A stretch of DNA of 64,000 nucleotides from an uncultured Candidatus Saccharibacteria bacterium. GTDB lineage: Bacteria; Patescibacteriota; Saccharimonadia; Saccharimonadales; Saccharimonadaceae. The translations under genes and the position numbers were made by a program. Location: contig CAURIH010000001.1 of assembly GCA_963525085.1 (NCBI GenBank), positions 758,521 to 822,520 of the forward strand. Reading direction: 5' to 3'. How positions within the stretch are numbered: the stretch's first letter is position 1; each line of letters starts with the position of its first letter. Positions 55,365 to 63,472 of this stretch are shown one piece after another. The notes beneath the pieces are model-generated. The model was given only the letters and a program-made list of their open reading frames with translations. It was not told where the DNA came from and ran no database searches.

Positions 55365-56540
55365 ATGGAACAACAATCAACCACGCCGTGGGGTAAGATT
55401 GTGGTGCTAGCGCTAGGAGCCTTTGTTATTGGAGCGGATGGCTTCATGCTGGCAGCGGTATTGCCACAGGTGGCACAGCAACTTGGGGTGTCGCTGGGGC
55501 AGACTGGCCTCTTAGTAACAGTGTTTGCATGGGTGTATGCACTGGCAGCACCACTGTGTGGCATGCTGATGGGGCGGCGCAATCGGCGGTCGACCTTGAT
55601 ACTAGCACTAGCGATATTTGCAATTGGTAATGTAGTAGCAGCGCTCGCGTCATCATTTGTGTGGATGATGGCAGCTCGAGTGATGGCAGCATGGGGCTCA
55701 GCTATGATGATGCCAACGGCAATGGCCTTGGCGACTAGCCTTGCCCCAGCCAAGCATCGTGGCAAGGCAATCTCCGTCGTTACAACAGGCATGACGATGG
55801 CAACGGTGCTTGCTGTGCCGCTAGGCTCGGTTATGGGGGAGCGCTATGGCTACCATACGCTGTTTTGGGCGATGGCAGTGGCTGCGGTGCTGGTGTTGTG
55901 TGGCATTGTGCTGGGCATTCGGGCACGTGAGGCACAGCCAGTGCAGCAGGTACCAACGATTCGCACATTGGTAGCAGGCCTGGCTAATCGTCAGGTTGCA
56001 CTGACGTTATTGATAACAGTAGTGATATTTGTAGCCGGCACCAGCGTGATTTCATATCTGAGTGCAGTGGTACAGCAGGCGGGTCTGCACGAATACTTTA
56101 GCTGGATTTTGCTCATCTTTGGTGTGGGCTCACTCCTGGGTGGTGTGCTAGGCGGCTGGCTGGCCGATCGTTTTGCCCACATTTGGCTGGCCCGCTGGGC
56201 AATGCTTGCCTTTGCGTTGGCGCTTGCTTTGCTTGGTGTGTCGGCTGGGATGCTAGGCGCGCTTGGTCTCGTTGGTGGCAGTGTGCTATTATGGACAGCT
56301 AGTGCTTGGATTGCCACGATTGCTCAGCAATACCGCATTATTGCGCTTGCTCCAGAACGGGCTCAGCTGAATCTTTCACTCAATTCATCCAGTATTTACA
56401 TTGGTCAAGGCTTTGGTGGTATGCTGGGTGGCGCGGTCATTAGTAGCCAGCCAGCGCAGGTCATTCCGCTCATAGCGTCCGGCGTAGTAGTGCTTGCCTT
56501 GGCAATGACCAGCAGGTATGAGACAATACAAAGGAAATGA
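55365..56540 (+). CDS. MFS transporter
   Basis: About 12 TM segments with G/A-rich helices and the motif GMLMGRRNRR between TM2 and TM3. I trimmed the start to the SD-preceded ATG at 55365. Confidence 0.85.
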   Translation: MEQQSTTPWGKIVVLALGAFVIGADGFMLAAVLPQVAQQLGVSLGQTGLLVTVFAWVYALAAPLCGMLMGRRNRRSTLILALAIFAIGNVVAALASSFVWMMAARVMAAWGSAMMMPTAMALATSLAPAKHRGKAISVVTTGMTMATVLAVPLGSVMGERYGYHTLFWAMAVAAVLVLCGIVLGIRAREAQPVQQVPTIRTLVAGLANRQVALTLLITVVIFVAGTSVISYLSAVVQQAGLHEYFSWILLIFGVGSLLGGVLGGWLADRFAHIWLARWAMLAFALALALLGVSAGMLGALGLVGGSVLLWTASAWIATIAQQYRIIALAPERAQLNLSLNSSSIYIGQGFGGMLGGAVISSQPAQVIPLIASGVVVLALAMTSRYETIQRK

Positions 56541-56842
56541 CATCCCAACAAAACACCCCAACTGACGCACTCGCACCAGAGCATGTCTTTGCCGCCCTGT
56601 CCGACCCGCTGCGGCTGCGGATTGTCCGTCGCTTGGCTGCGGAGGGGCGGCTGGGCTGCAGCCAGATCGATCATAACCTCTCACTCTCGACTGTCTCGCA
56701 CCACTGCAAAGTCCTGCGCGAAGCAGGCATTGTCACGAGCGAAGCGGTTGGCACTCAGCGTGTCCTGGTGCTGCGGCCAGAGTTTGCTCGGCAGTTCGCT
56801 GGCGTGCTCGCAACGATCACTGAGTTAGATAAAGCGAAGTAA
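56537..56842 (+). CDS. ArsR/SmtB family transcriptional regulator
   Basis: FAALSDPLRLRIVRRLA...STVSHHCKVLREAGIV. Overlaps the MFS stop by 4 nt. Confidence 0.85.
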   Translation: MTSQQNTPTDALAPEHVFAALSDPLRLRIVRRLAAEGRLGCSQIDHNLSLSTVSHHCKVLREAGIVTSEAVGTQRVLVLRPEFARQFAGVLATITELDKAK

Positions 56843-56846
56843 CCAC

Positions 56847-56881
56847 TAAAATATCCCCTATGAAAGGAAGGGGATATTTTT
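56847..56881. terminator. bidirectional intrinsic terminator (arsR-like / rpmB convergent)
   Basis: AAAATATCCCCT-atgaaagga-AGGGGATATTTTT. Confidence 0.85.
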
Positions 56882-56905
56882 ACAGTTATCGTTTGCTCTG
56901 GGCGA

Positions 56906-57130
56906 CTACGCCGCAGCCTTGGCCTTTGTCTTGGCGCTGGTGAGTAGGCCTTTTTTCTTGAGGGTACGGATCGCCTTGGTCGAGAGAACCATAGTGACCT
57001 TTTGCCCATCTACAACGAAGGTCTTTTTCTGAAGGTTTGGTTTGAAGACTCGCTTGGTGCGTCGCAATGAGAAGCTCACATTGTTGCCGAATTGCTTGCC
57101 CTTGCCAGTCAGTTCACATCGTGCTGCCAT
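56906..57130 (-). CDS. rpmB: 50S ribosomal protein L28
   Basis: MAARCELTGKGKQFGNNVSFSLRRTKRVFKPNLQ... I trimmed the start from the ORF-track 57151. Confidence 0.93.
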   Translation of the reverse strand: MAARCELTGKGKQFGNNVSFSLRRTKRVFKPNLQKKTFVVDGQKVTMVLSTKAIRTLKKKGLLTSAKTKAKAAA

Positions 57131-57232
57131 ATTCTTATTCCACTTATTCACTTATATTATTACAATCTGTACTAGTATACGCTGCCAAGGGGGCAATGTC
57201 AAGGTGGGTAGGCAATGTGGTACAATAAAGAA

Positions 57233-57868
57233 ATGCATATTGATATCGCTCACCTCATTATCGTCCTTGTTGTTATTCTTATCTCGATGACGCTGCACGA
57301 GGCGATGCATGGCTTTGTGGCGTACTGGCTGGGCGATGATACGGCTAAGGAGCAGGGGCGTTTGACGCTCAACCCGGTGCATCATATTGATCCATTCTTG
57401 ACCATCCTCTTGCCGCTGAGCTTGGCACTACTGGGCCTACCAGTGTTTGGTGGGGCTAAGCCAGTGCCGTACAACCCCGAGCGAGTGCGCGGTGACGAAT
57501 GGGGTGCAGCGCTGGTGGGGCTCGCTGGGCCACTGACGAACTTCGTCATTGCCTTCATTTGCTTCGGTCTATATGCGACGATCGCTGGGCCAGTGGTGCA
57601 GCCGCTGCTTGCTACGGCGGTGAGTGTGAATCTTGGTTTCTTTGTCTTTAATATGCTGCCTATACCACCGCTCGATGGTTCGCGTGTGCTGTATGCTTTG
57701 GCACCGGAGTTTGTGCGCCGCGGCATGGAGGTGGTGGAGCAGTACGGTGTGATGCTGGTCTTTGTGCTGGTATTGGTCGGTAGCTCGGCCATTGGCAATG
57801 TGATGATGGCGGCTATCAGGGGTATCTTGCAGCTTTTCTCGCTGGTGTTTGGCGTGTCGCTTGGCTAG
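57233..57868 (+). CDS. site-2 protease family (M50) membrane metalloprotease
   Basis: HEAMHGFVAYWLGD (HExxH), multiple TM segments and NMLPIPPLDGSRV. TACAAT (57221-57226) lies 6 nt before the ATG. Confidence 0.8.
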   Translation: MHIDIAHLIIVLVVILISMTLHEAMHGFVAYWLGDDTAKEQGRLTLNPVHHIDPFLTILLPLSLALLGLPVFGGAKPVPYNPERVRGDEWGAALVGLAGPLTNFVIAFICFGLYATIAGPVVQPLLATAVSVNLGFFVFNMLPIPPLDGSRVLYALAPEFVRRGMEVVEQYGVMLVFVLVLVGSSAIGNVMMAAIRGILQLFSLVFGVSLG

Positions 57869-58123
57869 GAGTAGGAATTGGGCCTTTTTTCTAGCTTGGT
57901 ACAGGGTTTAGATTGTAGGCTAGCTTGGTGGGAGATTGAATGAGGTTGTCTCTCGTACAAAGGTGAGAGTTTGTTATGAGCACTAGCAGAGTTTTAAACA
58001 TCCAATACAAGAGGTGCTAATATTCAGCAGATATTGACATGTTTAGTACTAAGGAAGAAGGTGTGAGGATCTCATAATACCGCAAATGTGACGCCGCTTA
58101 CCATTCTGTGGTATACTAAGAGT

Positions 58124-58272
58124 GTCCCAGACGAATATCGGGCGTGTATGATTTTCCTAACATCATATGATAGGGATTCCAACATTCACCATACCCGTGG
58201 GTATGGATGAGGAAACCCACCTTGCATCATGCAGGGGAATATCAAGCGCCTGGGGTGAGTCTGGGATTTTTT
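58124..58272 (+). ncRNA. candidate orphan small RNA (speculative)
   Basis: TATACT at 58112-58117. Closing stem TCCCAGAC (58125-58132) / GTCTGGGA (58259-58266) is followed by TTTTTT. Internal hairpins are CATACCC/GGGTATG and CCTTGCAT/ATGCAGGG. No SD-led ORF. Confidence 0.25.
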
Positions 58273-58290
58273 GATGGTTGAAGGTCAAGA

Positions 58291-58445
58291 GTGTCACACG
58301 GCTCCTCTTCATCACTTCATCCGATAGAACGCTATAAGGGTCGATACTCCCCGAGTATCGACCTCTTGACGCCAGGGCTGCTAATCGGTTATTACAACCG
58401 ATTAGCACACTCCATCGGATGAAGTGATGCAGAGGGCCCTGCACT
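58291..58445 (-). repeat. family-1 structured repeat, copy G (reverse orientation, alternative outer stem)
   Basis: Hairpin 1 is GCTAATCGGTT/AACCGATTAGC and hairpin 2 is GGTCGATACTC/GAGTATCGACC. The outer stem is CATCACTTCATCCGAT (58310-58325) / ATCGGATGAAGTGATG (58414-58429), 16 perfect bp. Confidence 0.9.
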
Positions 58446-58499
58446 GAAGATGAAGGCTTTGACACCCACATATCATAAATCCCTTATGCTATAATAGGG

Positions 58500-58866
58500 A
58501 GGCAGTCTATTAGATGATCGCTTGCGACCTAGCAAGAGGAAAGTCCGGGCAGCACAGGATACGACAGTCGCTAACGGCGACCGGGGGCAACCCTAGGGAA
58601 AGTGCCACAGAAACGATACCGCTCCGCAACACCAATGCTTGCGCGCAGTAGCGCTCGAGTAGCGGGGTAAGGGTGAAAGGAGTGAGGTAAGAGCTCACAG
58701 CGCTGCATGGTGACATGCCGCGGAGGTAAACCCTGTCGGCTGCAAGGAGATAGCCACGGATGAGTGATCCGCTTGTGGCTATCGCTAACCGCTCGATTTG
58801 CAGAGCAATTTGCAAACTAGATAGATGATCATCCACGACAGAACCCGGCTTATCGATAGGCTGCTT
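58500..58866 (+). ncRNA. rnpB: RNase P RNA, bacterial type A
   Basis: Universal blocks present: GAGGAAAGTCCGGGC, GGTAAGGGTGAAAGG, GGTAAGAGC and ACAGAACCCGGCTTATCG. P1 is AGGCAGTCTAT/ATAGGCTGCTT. TATAAT at 58490-58495. Confidence 0.92.
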
Positions 58867-58929
58867 TATGGTATGATGCTTTAGCTCTAACTTTGGAGCT
58901 TTGTTATTTTCTCAACCTCCTCGCCGCAC

Positions 58930-59003
58930 AAGAAAATATTCTAGAAGGCCAGCAACTGTGGTGACGGATAAGCTCTGTGATTCATCTGACTGGAACATTT
59001 TCG
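58930..59003 (+). repeat. family-2 hairpin repeat, copy X2
   Basis: AAGAAAATATTCTAGAAGGCCAGCAACTG...AAGCTCTGTGATTCATCTGACTGGAACATTTTCG. Confidence 0.8.
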
Positions 59004-59136
59004 GTGCGGGAGGCTCCAGAAATGAAACAGCACAGGATAAATGCTATACCCCACCAAGTGGCCACTCATCTACAAATAAATACACACCTCTGTTACGGAG
59101 GTGTGTATTCTTCACAACGTCGTATAAATTGCTACA

Positions 59137-59484
59137 CTACTTGCGAGTGACCTGCTTCACGACAGCTTCAAAAGCCTGTGGCTCGTTGACGGCGAGCTCG
59201 GCGAGAACCTTGCGGTCGAGCGCCACACCAGCGGCCTTGATGTCGGCAATCAGGCGACCATAGGTGGTACCATTTTGCCGGGCGGCAGCGTTAATGCGGG
59301 TGATCCACAACTGGCGCAGGTCGCGCTTGCGGTTGCGGCGGTCGCGGTAGGCGTATTGCAGAGCCCGGATTACCCCTTGCTTGGCAAGGCGGAAGCTCCG
59401 GGTGCGATTGTGTTGCATTCCTTTGGCAGCTCGCAGCATCTTGGCGTGGCGAGCGTGGGCGGTTGTTCCTCGTTTGACGCGCAT
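59137..59484 (-). CDS. rplT: 50S ribosomal protein L20
   Basis: [22 protein letters not shown]...[11 protein letters not shown]. Confidence 0.96.
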   Translation of the reverse strand: MRVKRGTTAHARHAKMLRAAKGMQHNRTRSFRLAKQGVIRALQYAYRDRRNRKRDLRQLWITRINAAARQNGTTYGRLIADIKAAGVALDRKVLAELAVNEPQAFEAVVKQVTRK

Positions 59485-59487
59485 ATG

Positions 59488-59682
59488 TTAGACTCCTAAG
59501 GCTCGTTTAGCATTTTTGGCCATACCACCAGTGATGGTAGCAGGGGTGTTGATATTGCGCTTGCGCGATTTGCTCTTTTTGGAGAGCATGTGGTTCCCGA
59601 AGGCACGCCGACGGGTCAGTTTGCCGGTACTGGTTAGCTTAATGCGCTTAGCAGTGCCCTTGTGGGTCTTGAGTTTTGGCAT
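59488..59682 (-). CDS. rpmI: 50S ribosomal protein L35
   Basis: MPKLKTHKGTAKRIKLTSTGKLTRRRAFGNHML. Confidence 0.95.
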   Translation of the reverse strand: MPKLKTHKGTAKRIKLTSTGKLTRRRAFGNHMLSKKSKSRKRNINTPATITGGMAKNAKRALGV

Positions 59683-60188
59683 TACTTACTCCTTATTACG
59701 ATGCTGAGGTTGCGCCCAGCCATCAGTGGTTTTTGCTCGACAATCGCTTCGTCCTCAAGGGCGGAGACGACCTGGCTAATCAGGTTGTAGCCAAGCTCAC
59801 GATGCGCCATCTCGCGGCCGCGGAAGAAGATCAAAACCTTGACCTTGTGCCCCTCAGCCAGGAATTTGCGAATCTTGCGTAGCTTGATTTCAAGATCATT
59901 AGCGCCAATCTTTAGGCCAAAACGCATCTGCTTGAGCTCATTGGCTTTATTGCTTCGCCTATTGCGCTGCTGCTCCTTCATCTTTTGGTACTGATATTTG
60001 CCCCAATCGATGATCTTCACAACGGGTGGGTTAGCATTGGGCGAAAACTCCACCAAGTCTACGCCAGCTTGCCGCGCCTTATCCAGTGCTGCTTGCCGGC
60101 TCATGATGCCAAGTTGTTCGCCGCTTTCACCAATGACGCGCAGCTCGCGTGCGCGGATGGCTTCGTTGATGCGGGTGGTTGATTTGAT
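59682..60188 (-). CDS. infC: translation initiation factor IF-3, probable non-canonical ATC start
   Basis: The track ORF starts at an internal Met. The frame stays open upstream and encodes the conserved N-terminus IKSTTRINEAIRARELRVIGESGEQLGIMS. AAGGAG lies 7 nt upstream of the ATC at 60188-60186. An in-frame TAA sits at 60212-60210. Confidence 0.85.
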   Translation of the reverse strand: MKSTTRINEAIRARELRVIGESGEQLGIMSRQAALDKARQAGVDLVEFSPNANPPVVKIIDWGKYQYQKMKEQQRNRRSNKANELKQMRFGLKIGANDLEIKLRKIRKFLAEGHKVKVLIFFRGREMAHRELGYNLISQVVSALEDEAIVEQKPLMAGRNLSIVIRSK

Positions 60189-60286
60189 TGTGCTCTCCTT
60201 TGCTTGAGCTTAAAACGAATTGACTCCCCAAAAGTTTACCAGATGTCGCCGCAAAAGGCAAATAAAATATGCCGTAGTTTGGTGAT

Positions 60287-60418
60287 TCTTCGCGGTGATT
60301 GCTCGTTGGTAGACGCTATAGGTGGGGTGTTACGAGTGTTAGAACTCCTTATCTTTGCGAGATTATTGATAAGGAGTCTCACCTCCATCGGACGGGAATG
60401 TAGAGAGGGTGAATGCGG
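60287..60418 (-). repeat. family-1 repeat, divergent copy I (G-like subtype)
   Basis: Retains CGCTATAGG, a covarying hairpin-1 equivalent (AACTCCTTATC/GATAAGGAGT) and CTCACCTCCATCGGACGGGAATG (compare CACACTCCATCGGATGAAGTGATG). Lies in the infC upstream region. Confidence 0.5.
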
Positions 60419-60447
60419 AAAACGATACGTGGTGAAGAGATGAGCGG

Positions 60448-60981
60448 CTAATTATCCTGCGCTTGCAGCGCCTTGGCGCAGGCAATTGCCTGTGTGATTG
60501 TCTCTTCGAGTGTTGTGCCTGGCTGCCGCCCAGTGTGCTCGGTGTAGAGCGCGTCGAGGTAGCGCGTCTTGGGTGCGCCCTCTGGATGGCCGTAGACGAC
60601 CTTGGTGGGGTTCTTGCCGATATGGAAGCCAAATTCTACATTGGTGGTAAAGGCGGGCATGCCCAGTGTAGGTAGCGACCGGTCGATTACTCGTGATACC
60701 CAGAAGAGTACCACCGTTGCTGCGTCGAGCGCTTCCCACTCCCAGCGTGCTTGCTTGAGGAGATCGAGCTCGCGCTGGGGCGAGGCATCATGGTTCTCTG
60801 GCGCGTAGACGATCCCCTCGTAGCCCAGCCTCGCAAAGATCCGCACGGCCTCGGGCCGCCACGATGCAGAGATGAGCTGCTGCGATGCTTCATCGAAGCG
60901 TGGGGTGGGGCCAGCGAGGAAGATCGCTGATTGGCCTGGAGTAGGGTAGTGGAGGGGTTGGTTGGAGTAGTTTGCTTGCAT
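60448..60981 (-). CDS. nucleoside 2-deoxyribosyltransferase-like protein
   Basis: 177 aa from the ATG at 60981, with AIFLAGPTPR...SWRPEAV...VLFWV. CATACT (rc of 60988-60993) lies 6 nt before the ATG. The upstream part of the track ORF is not protein-like. Confidence 0.6.
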   Translation of the reverse strand: MQANYSNQPLHYPTPGQSAIFLAGPTPRFDEASQQLISASWRPEAVRIFARLGYEGIVYAPENHDASPQRELDLLKQARWEWEALDAATVVLFWVSRVIDRSLPTLGMPAFTTNVEFGFHIGKNPTKVVYGHPEGAPKTRYLDALYTEHTGRQPGTTLEETITQAIACAKALQAQDN

Positions 60982-61105
60982 GGCTCTAGTATGGCGGGTT
61001 GATGAAGGCTCTGTCAAATGTTGTAAATCACACGTAGTTACAGATTTCATTGATATATGGTAAATTACAGAGGTAGAACATGATGTAAGGTATACAACGA
61101 TATTT

Positions 61106-62641
61106 TTACAACGCTTTGATGGGCGCTGGTTGTCGATATTGCAACGCCTCGGAGACATGAGCAATGGTGATGTGCGGCGCTTCGTCAAGATCGGCAATGG
61201 TCTGGGCTACCTTGATAACTTTGAAGTAACCGCGTGGGCTGAGGCCAAGCTTGGTGCTGGCAGCATCGAGGAACTGCTTGACCTCTGGCGAGAGTGGGAT
61301 AGAGCGCCGCACCTGGGCCGAGCTGAGGCGGCTATTGCGCATAGCGCTGCCACTGTAGCGGGCGGCTTGAGCGCGGATGGCAGTGGAGATGGCGGCTATC
61401 GCATGGCGCTGCTCGTGATCGGTGGTGGTGCGGTGTGAGAGCAGTTGCTCATTAGGGATGCGATTGACGGGGATGATCATATCAATCCGATCCATCAGTG
61501 GCCCAGACAGGCGCTTCTGGTAGGCGATGATCTGCGTGCTGCTGCAGGTACACGCGTGCGTTGGGTCGCCGTAGTAGCCACAGGGGCAGGGGTTCATGGT
61601 GGCTACCAGCATAAAATCGGCCGGGTAGGTGGCACGCCCGCGCGCTCGGGTGACCGTTACGGTAGTATCCTCCAGTGGCTGGCGCAATACCTCAAGTGTT
61701 GTGCGCGGATATTCAGGTAGCTCATCAAGGAAGAGCACGCCCAGGTGGGCCAAGCTCACCTCGCCAGGCTGCGGCACCGACCCACCGCCAATCAGCGATG
61801 CGCGGCTTGCTGTGTGGTGCGGCGCCCGAAATGGCCGCGTTTGGACGCTTTGGTCGAGCGAGAGACCAGCCAGGCTATGCAGCTTCGTCACCGCTAGCTG
61901 TTCATCTGGAGTCAGAGGCGGCAAGAGGCTGGGCAGCGTCTTGGCAAGCATCGACTTGCCGGTGCCGGGCGGCCCAGTGAAGAGGATGTTGTGGTGGCCC
62001 GCTGCGGCAATGGTGAGGGCGCGCTTGGCTTGAGCCTGGCCGTAGATATCGTCGAGCAGGGGTGATGACGCGGGTGTTGTTGGTTTGTCATCAGTAGGTG
62101 ATGGCTGGTAAATCGGTAGCGGTTTTTCGCCCTTGAGATGGAGAAAAAGTGTTGTAAGATCTGGCACACCATAGAGCGTTACCCCTGATACAAGCGAAGC
62201 TTGGGCGAGATTTTCTGTAGGCAAATAGATAGTGTTGTAATTATTATCACGAGCAGCTTCGGCAATGGTAATGGCACCTTTGATCGGGCGGAGTGTGCCA
62301 TCAAGTGCCAGCTCGCCAGCAAAGACTGCGCCAGCCACTTGCTCGGGCCGGAGCTGGCCGCTGCTGCTGAGGAGGGCAAGGGCAATCGGCAGGTCGTAGT
62401 GTGTGCCATCCTTGGGTAGCTCGGCTGGTGCGAGGTTGATGGTGATGCGCTGGACTGGATATTCCAGCAGGGAGTTGGTGATGGCACTGCGCACTCGTTC
62501 GCGCGCTTCGTCGATGGCTTTGTTGCCCAGGCCAACGATCTGCAGGGCAGGCAAACCCTTGGTCATGTCGCTCTCCACATCAATCATATGGCCAGCGAAC
62601 CCTACGGGCGCAACCGACCTGATTTTTGCGACTTTGTTCAT
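61106..62641 (-). CDS. comM: YifB/ComM family Mg-chelatase-like AAA+ ATPase
   Basis: 511 aa with a Lon-protease-like N-terminal domain, Walker A (GPPGTGKSMLAK), LFLDELPEY and the C-terminal ChlI-like Zn ribbon (CPCGYYGDPTHACTC). Confidence 0.9.
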   Translation of the reverse strand: MNKVAKIRSVAPVGFAGHMIDVESDMTKGLPALQIVGLGNKAIDEARERVRSAITNSLLEYPVQRITINLAPAELPKDGTHYDLPIALALLSSSGQLRPEQVAGAVFAGELALDGTLRPIKGAITIAEAARDNNYNTIYLPTENLAQASLVSGVTLYGVPDLTTLFLHLKGEKPLPIYQPSPTDDKPTTPASSPLLDDIYGQAQAKRALTIAAAGHHNILFTGPPGTGKSMLAKTLPSLLPPLTPDEQLAVTKLHSLAGLSLDQSVQTRPFRAPHHTASRASLIGGGSVPQPGEVSLAHLGVLFLDELPEYPRTTLEVLRQPLEDTTVTVTRARGRATYPADFMLVATMNPCPCGYYGDPTHACTCSSTQIIAYQKRLSGPLMDRIDMIIPVNRIPNEQLLSHRTTTDHEQRHAIAAISTAIRAQAARYSGSAMRNSRLSSAQVRRSIPLSPEVKQFLDAASTKLGLSPRGYFKVIKVAQTIADLDEAPHITIAHVSEALQYRQPAPIKAL

Positions 62642-62689
62642 GCTGTTTATAGTTAAGCATATTGGTGGGGTCTGTGCAAATTGTTTTTA

Positions 62690-62727
62690 TTCCGGAGGAG
62701 GGGTGTGTGGAGGATGAGCGTGAGAAT
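62690..62727 (+). repeat. family-1 repeat fragment J (3' arm only)
   Basis: TTCCGGAGGAGGGGTGTGTGGAGGATGAGCGTGAGAAT (compare TTCCGGAGGAGGGAGTTGGGAGGGTGAGCGTGAGAGG of copy B). Confidence 0.6.
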
Positions 62728-62754
62728 ATATAAGGACATAGCTCACTGCCCATA

Positions 62755-62822
62755 CAAACATAGGCAACGAAAAGGATGCTGCCAGAGAGGAGAAATCGCT
62801 AGCCTTCTAGATTGTTCTTGTG
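62755..62822 (-). repeat. family-2 repeat, degenerate/shortened copy X4
   Basis: The rc reads ACAAGAACAATCTAGAAGGCTAGCGATTTCTCCTCTCTGGCAGCATCCTTTTCG, matching the family-2 ends with an internal deletion. Confidence 0.45.
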
Positions 62823-62901
62823 TGGCGATAGGCCAACTTGACGCTCAAGCGCTCGAGTGAGGATACATAGGCAAAACCATGCTATAATAGACACGAGACG
62901 T

Positions 62902-63302
62902 GGGGCTGATATAGCGTTCGACGTTTGGACTTTGTCATTGTATTCTGCGAATCGGATATGCACGACACGCATAGATATAACTGCAAAAAATAAAGTTGCA
63001 GCAGCATTCCGTAGCGTTGAGGAGATCTTCGCATCTTCCAAGACCGCGTTTGCACTCGCCGCTTAATCTGGCGATCGCTATGAGGTGCATGGCAACAGGG
63101 CATCTCGTAGTGTCATAGCTATGTTGCTTGCTCTCCTGGTGGCAGCGGCACGAGGAGAGGACATATACCGCGCAACGATAGGCTGTATTTTTGGTTTGTT
63201 TCTGATCGGCCTCGCGTTGTCAAACACATAAACAAACCTACATTCGTAGACGAATACGAGGGCACCAAGCGGACCCGGGGGCAGTACCCGGCAGCTCCAC
63301 CA
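62902..63302 (+). ncRNA. ssrA: tmRNA (SsrA)
   Basis: 5' end GGGGCTGATATAGCGTTCGACG and 3' end GGACCCGGGGGCAGTACCCGGCAGCTCCACCA. Acceptor stem GGGGCUG/CAGCUCC has the G3-U pair. Tag ORF from GCA at 62998 encodes AAAFRSVEEIFASSKTAFALAA, with TAA at 63064-63066. TATAAT at 62883-62888. Confidence 0.87.
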
Positions 63303-63435
63303 GATAGGAAATGATTGCTCACCGAGGGTGGGCGATTTTTTATTGTGCCACAATCCAGGGGGCTGCATACGTACAAATCACAAACACTGCTGCGAAGTAT
63401 CGCCAAGGGCCGCGTACTAGCCAAGCTCTCTCACC

Positions 63436-63472
63436 AAAAAAACAACCACCTGCGAGTAGTGGTTGTTTTTGG
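63436..63472 (+). terminator. intrinsic terminator downstream of ssrA
   Basis: AAAAAAACAACCAC-ctgcgagta-GTGGTTGTTTTTGG. Confidence 0.8.

Noticed and set aside
58510-58836. 108-aa minus-strand ORF.
   Set aside because: It lies entirely antisense within the RNase P RNA gene.
24554-62727. Whether the repeated ~155-nt elements could be a CRISPR array or CRISPR remnants.
   Set aside because: The copies are dispersed, one per several kb, in both orientations. There is no regular repeat-spacer periodicity and no cas genes in the window. At about 155 nt they are far longer than CRISPR repeats.
62857-63066. 69-aa ORF ending in ...FALAA.
   Set aside because: It lies inside the tmRNA gene and is simply the tag reading frame extended upstream. 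It is not an independent protein gene.
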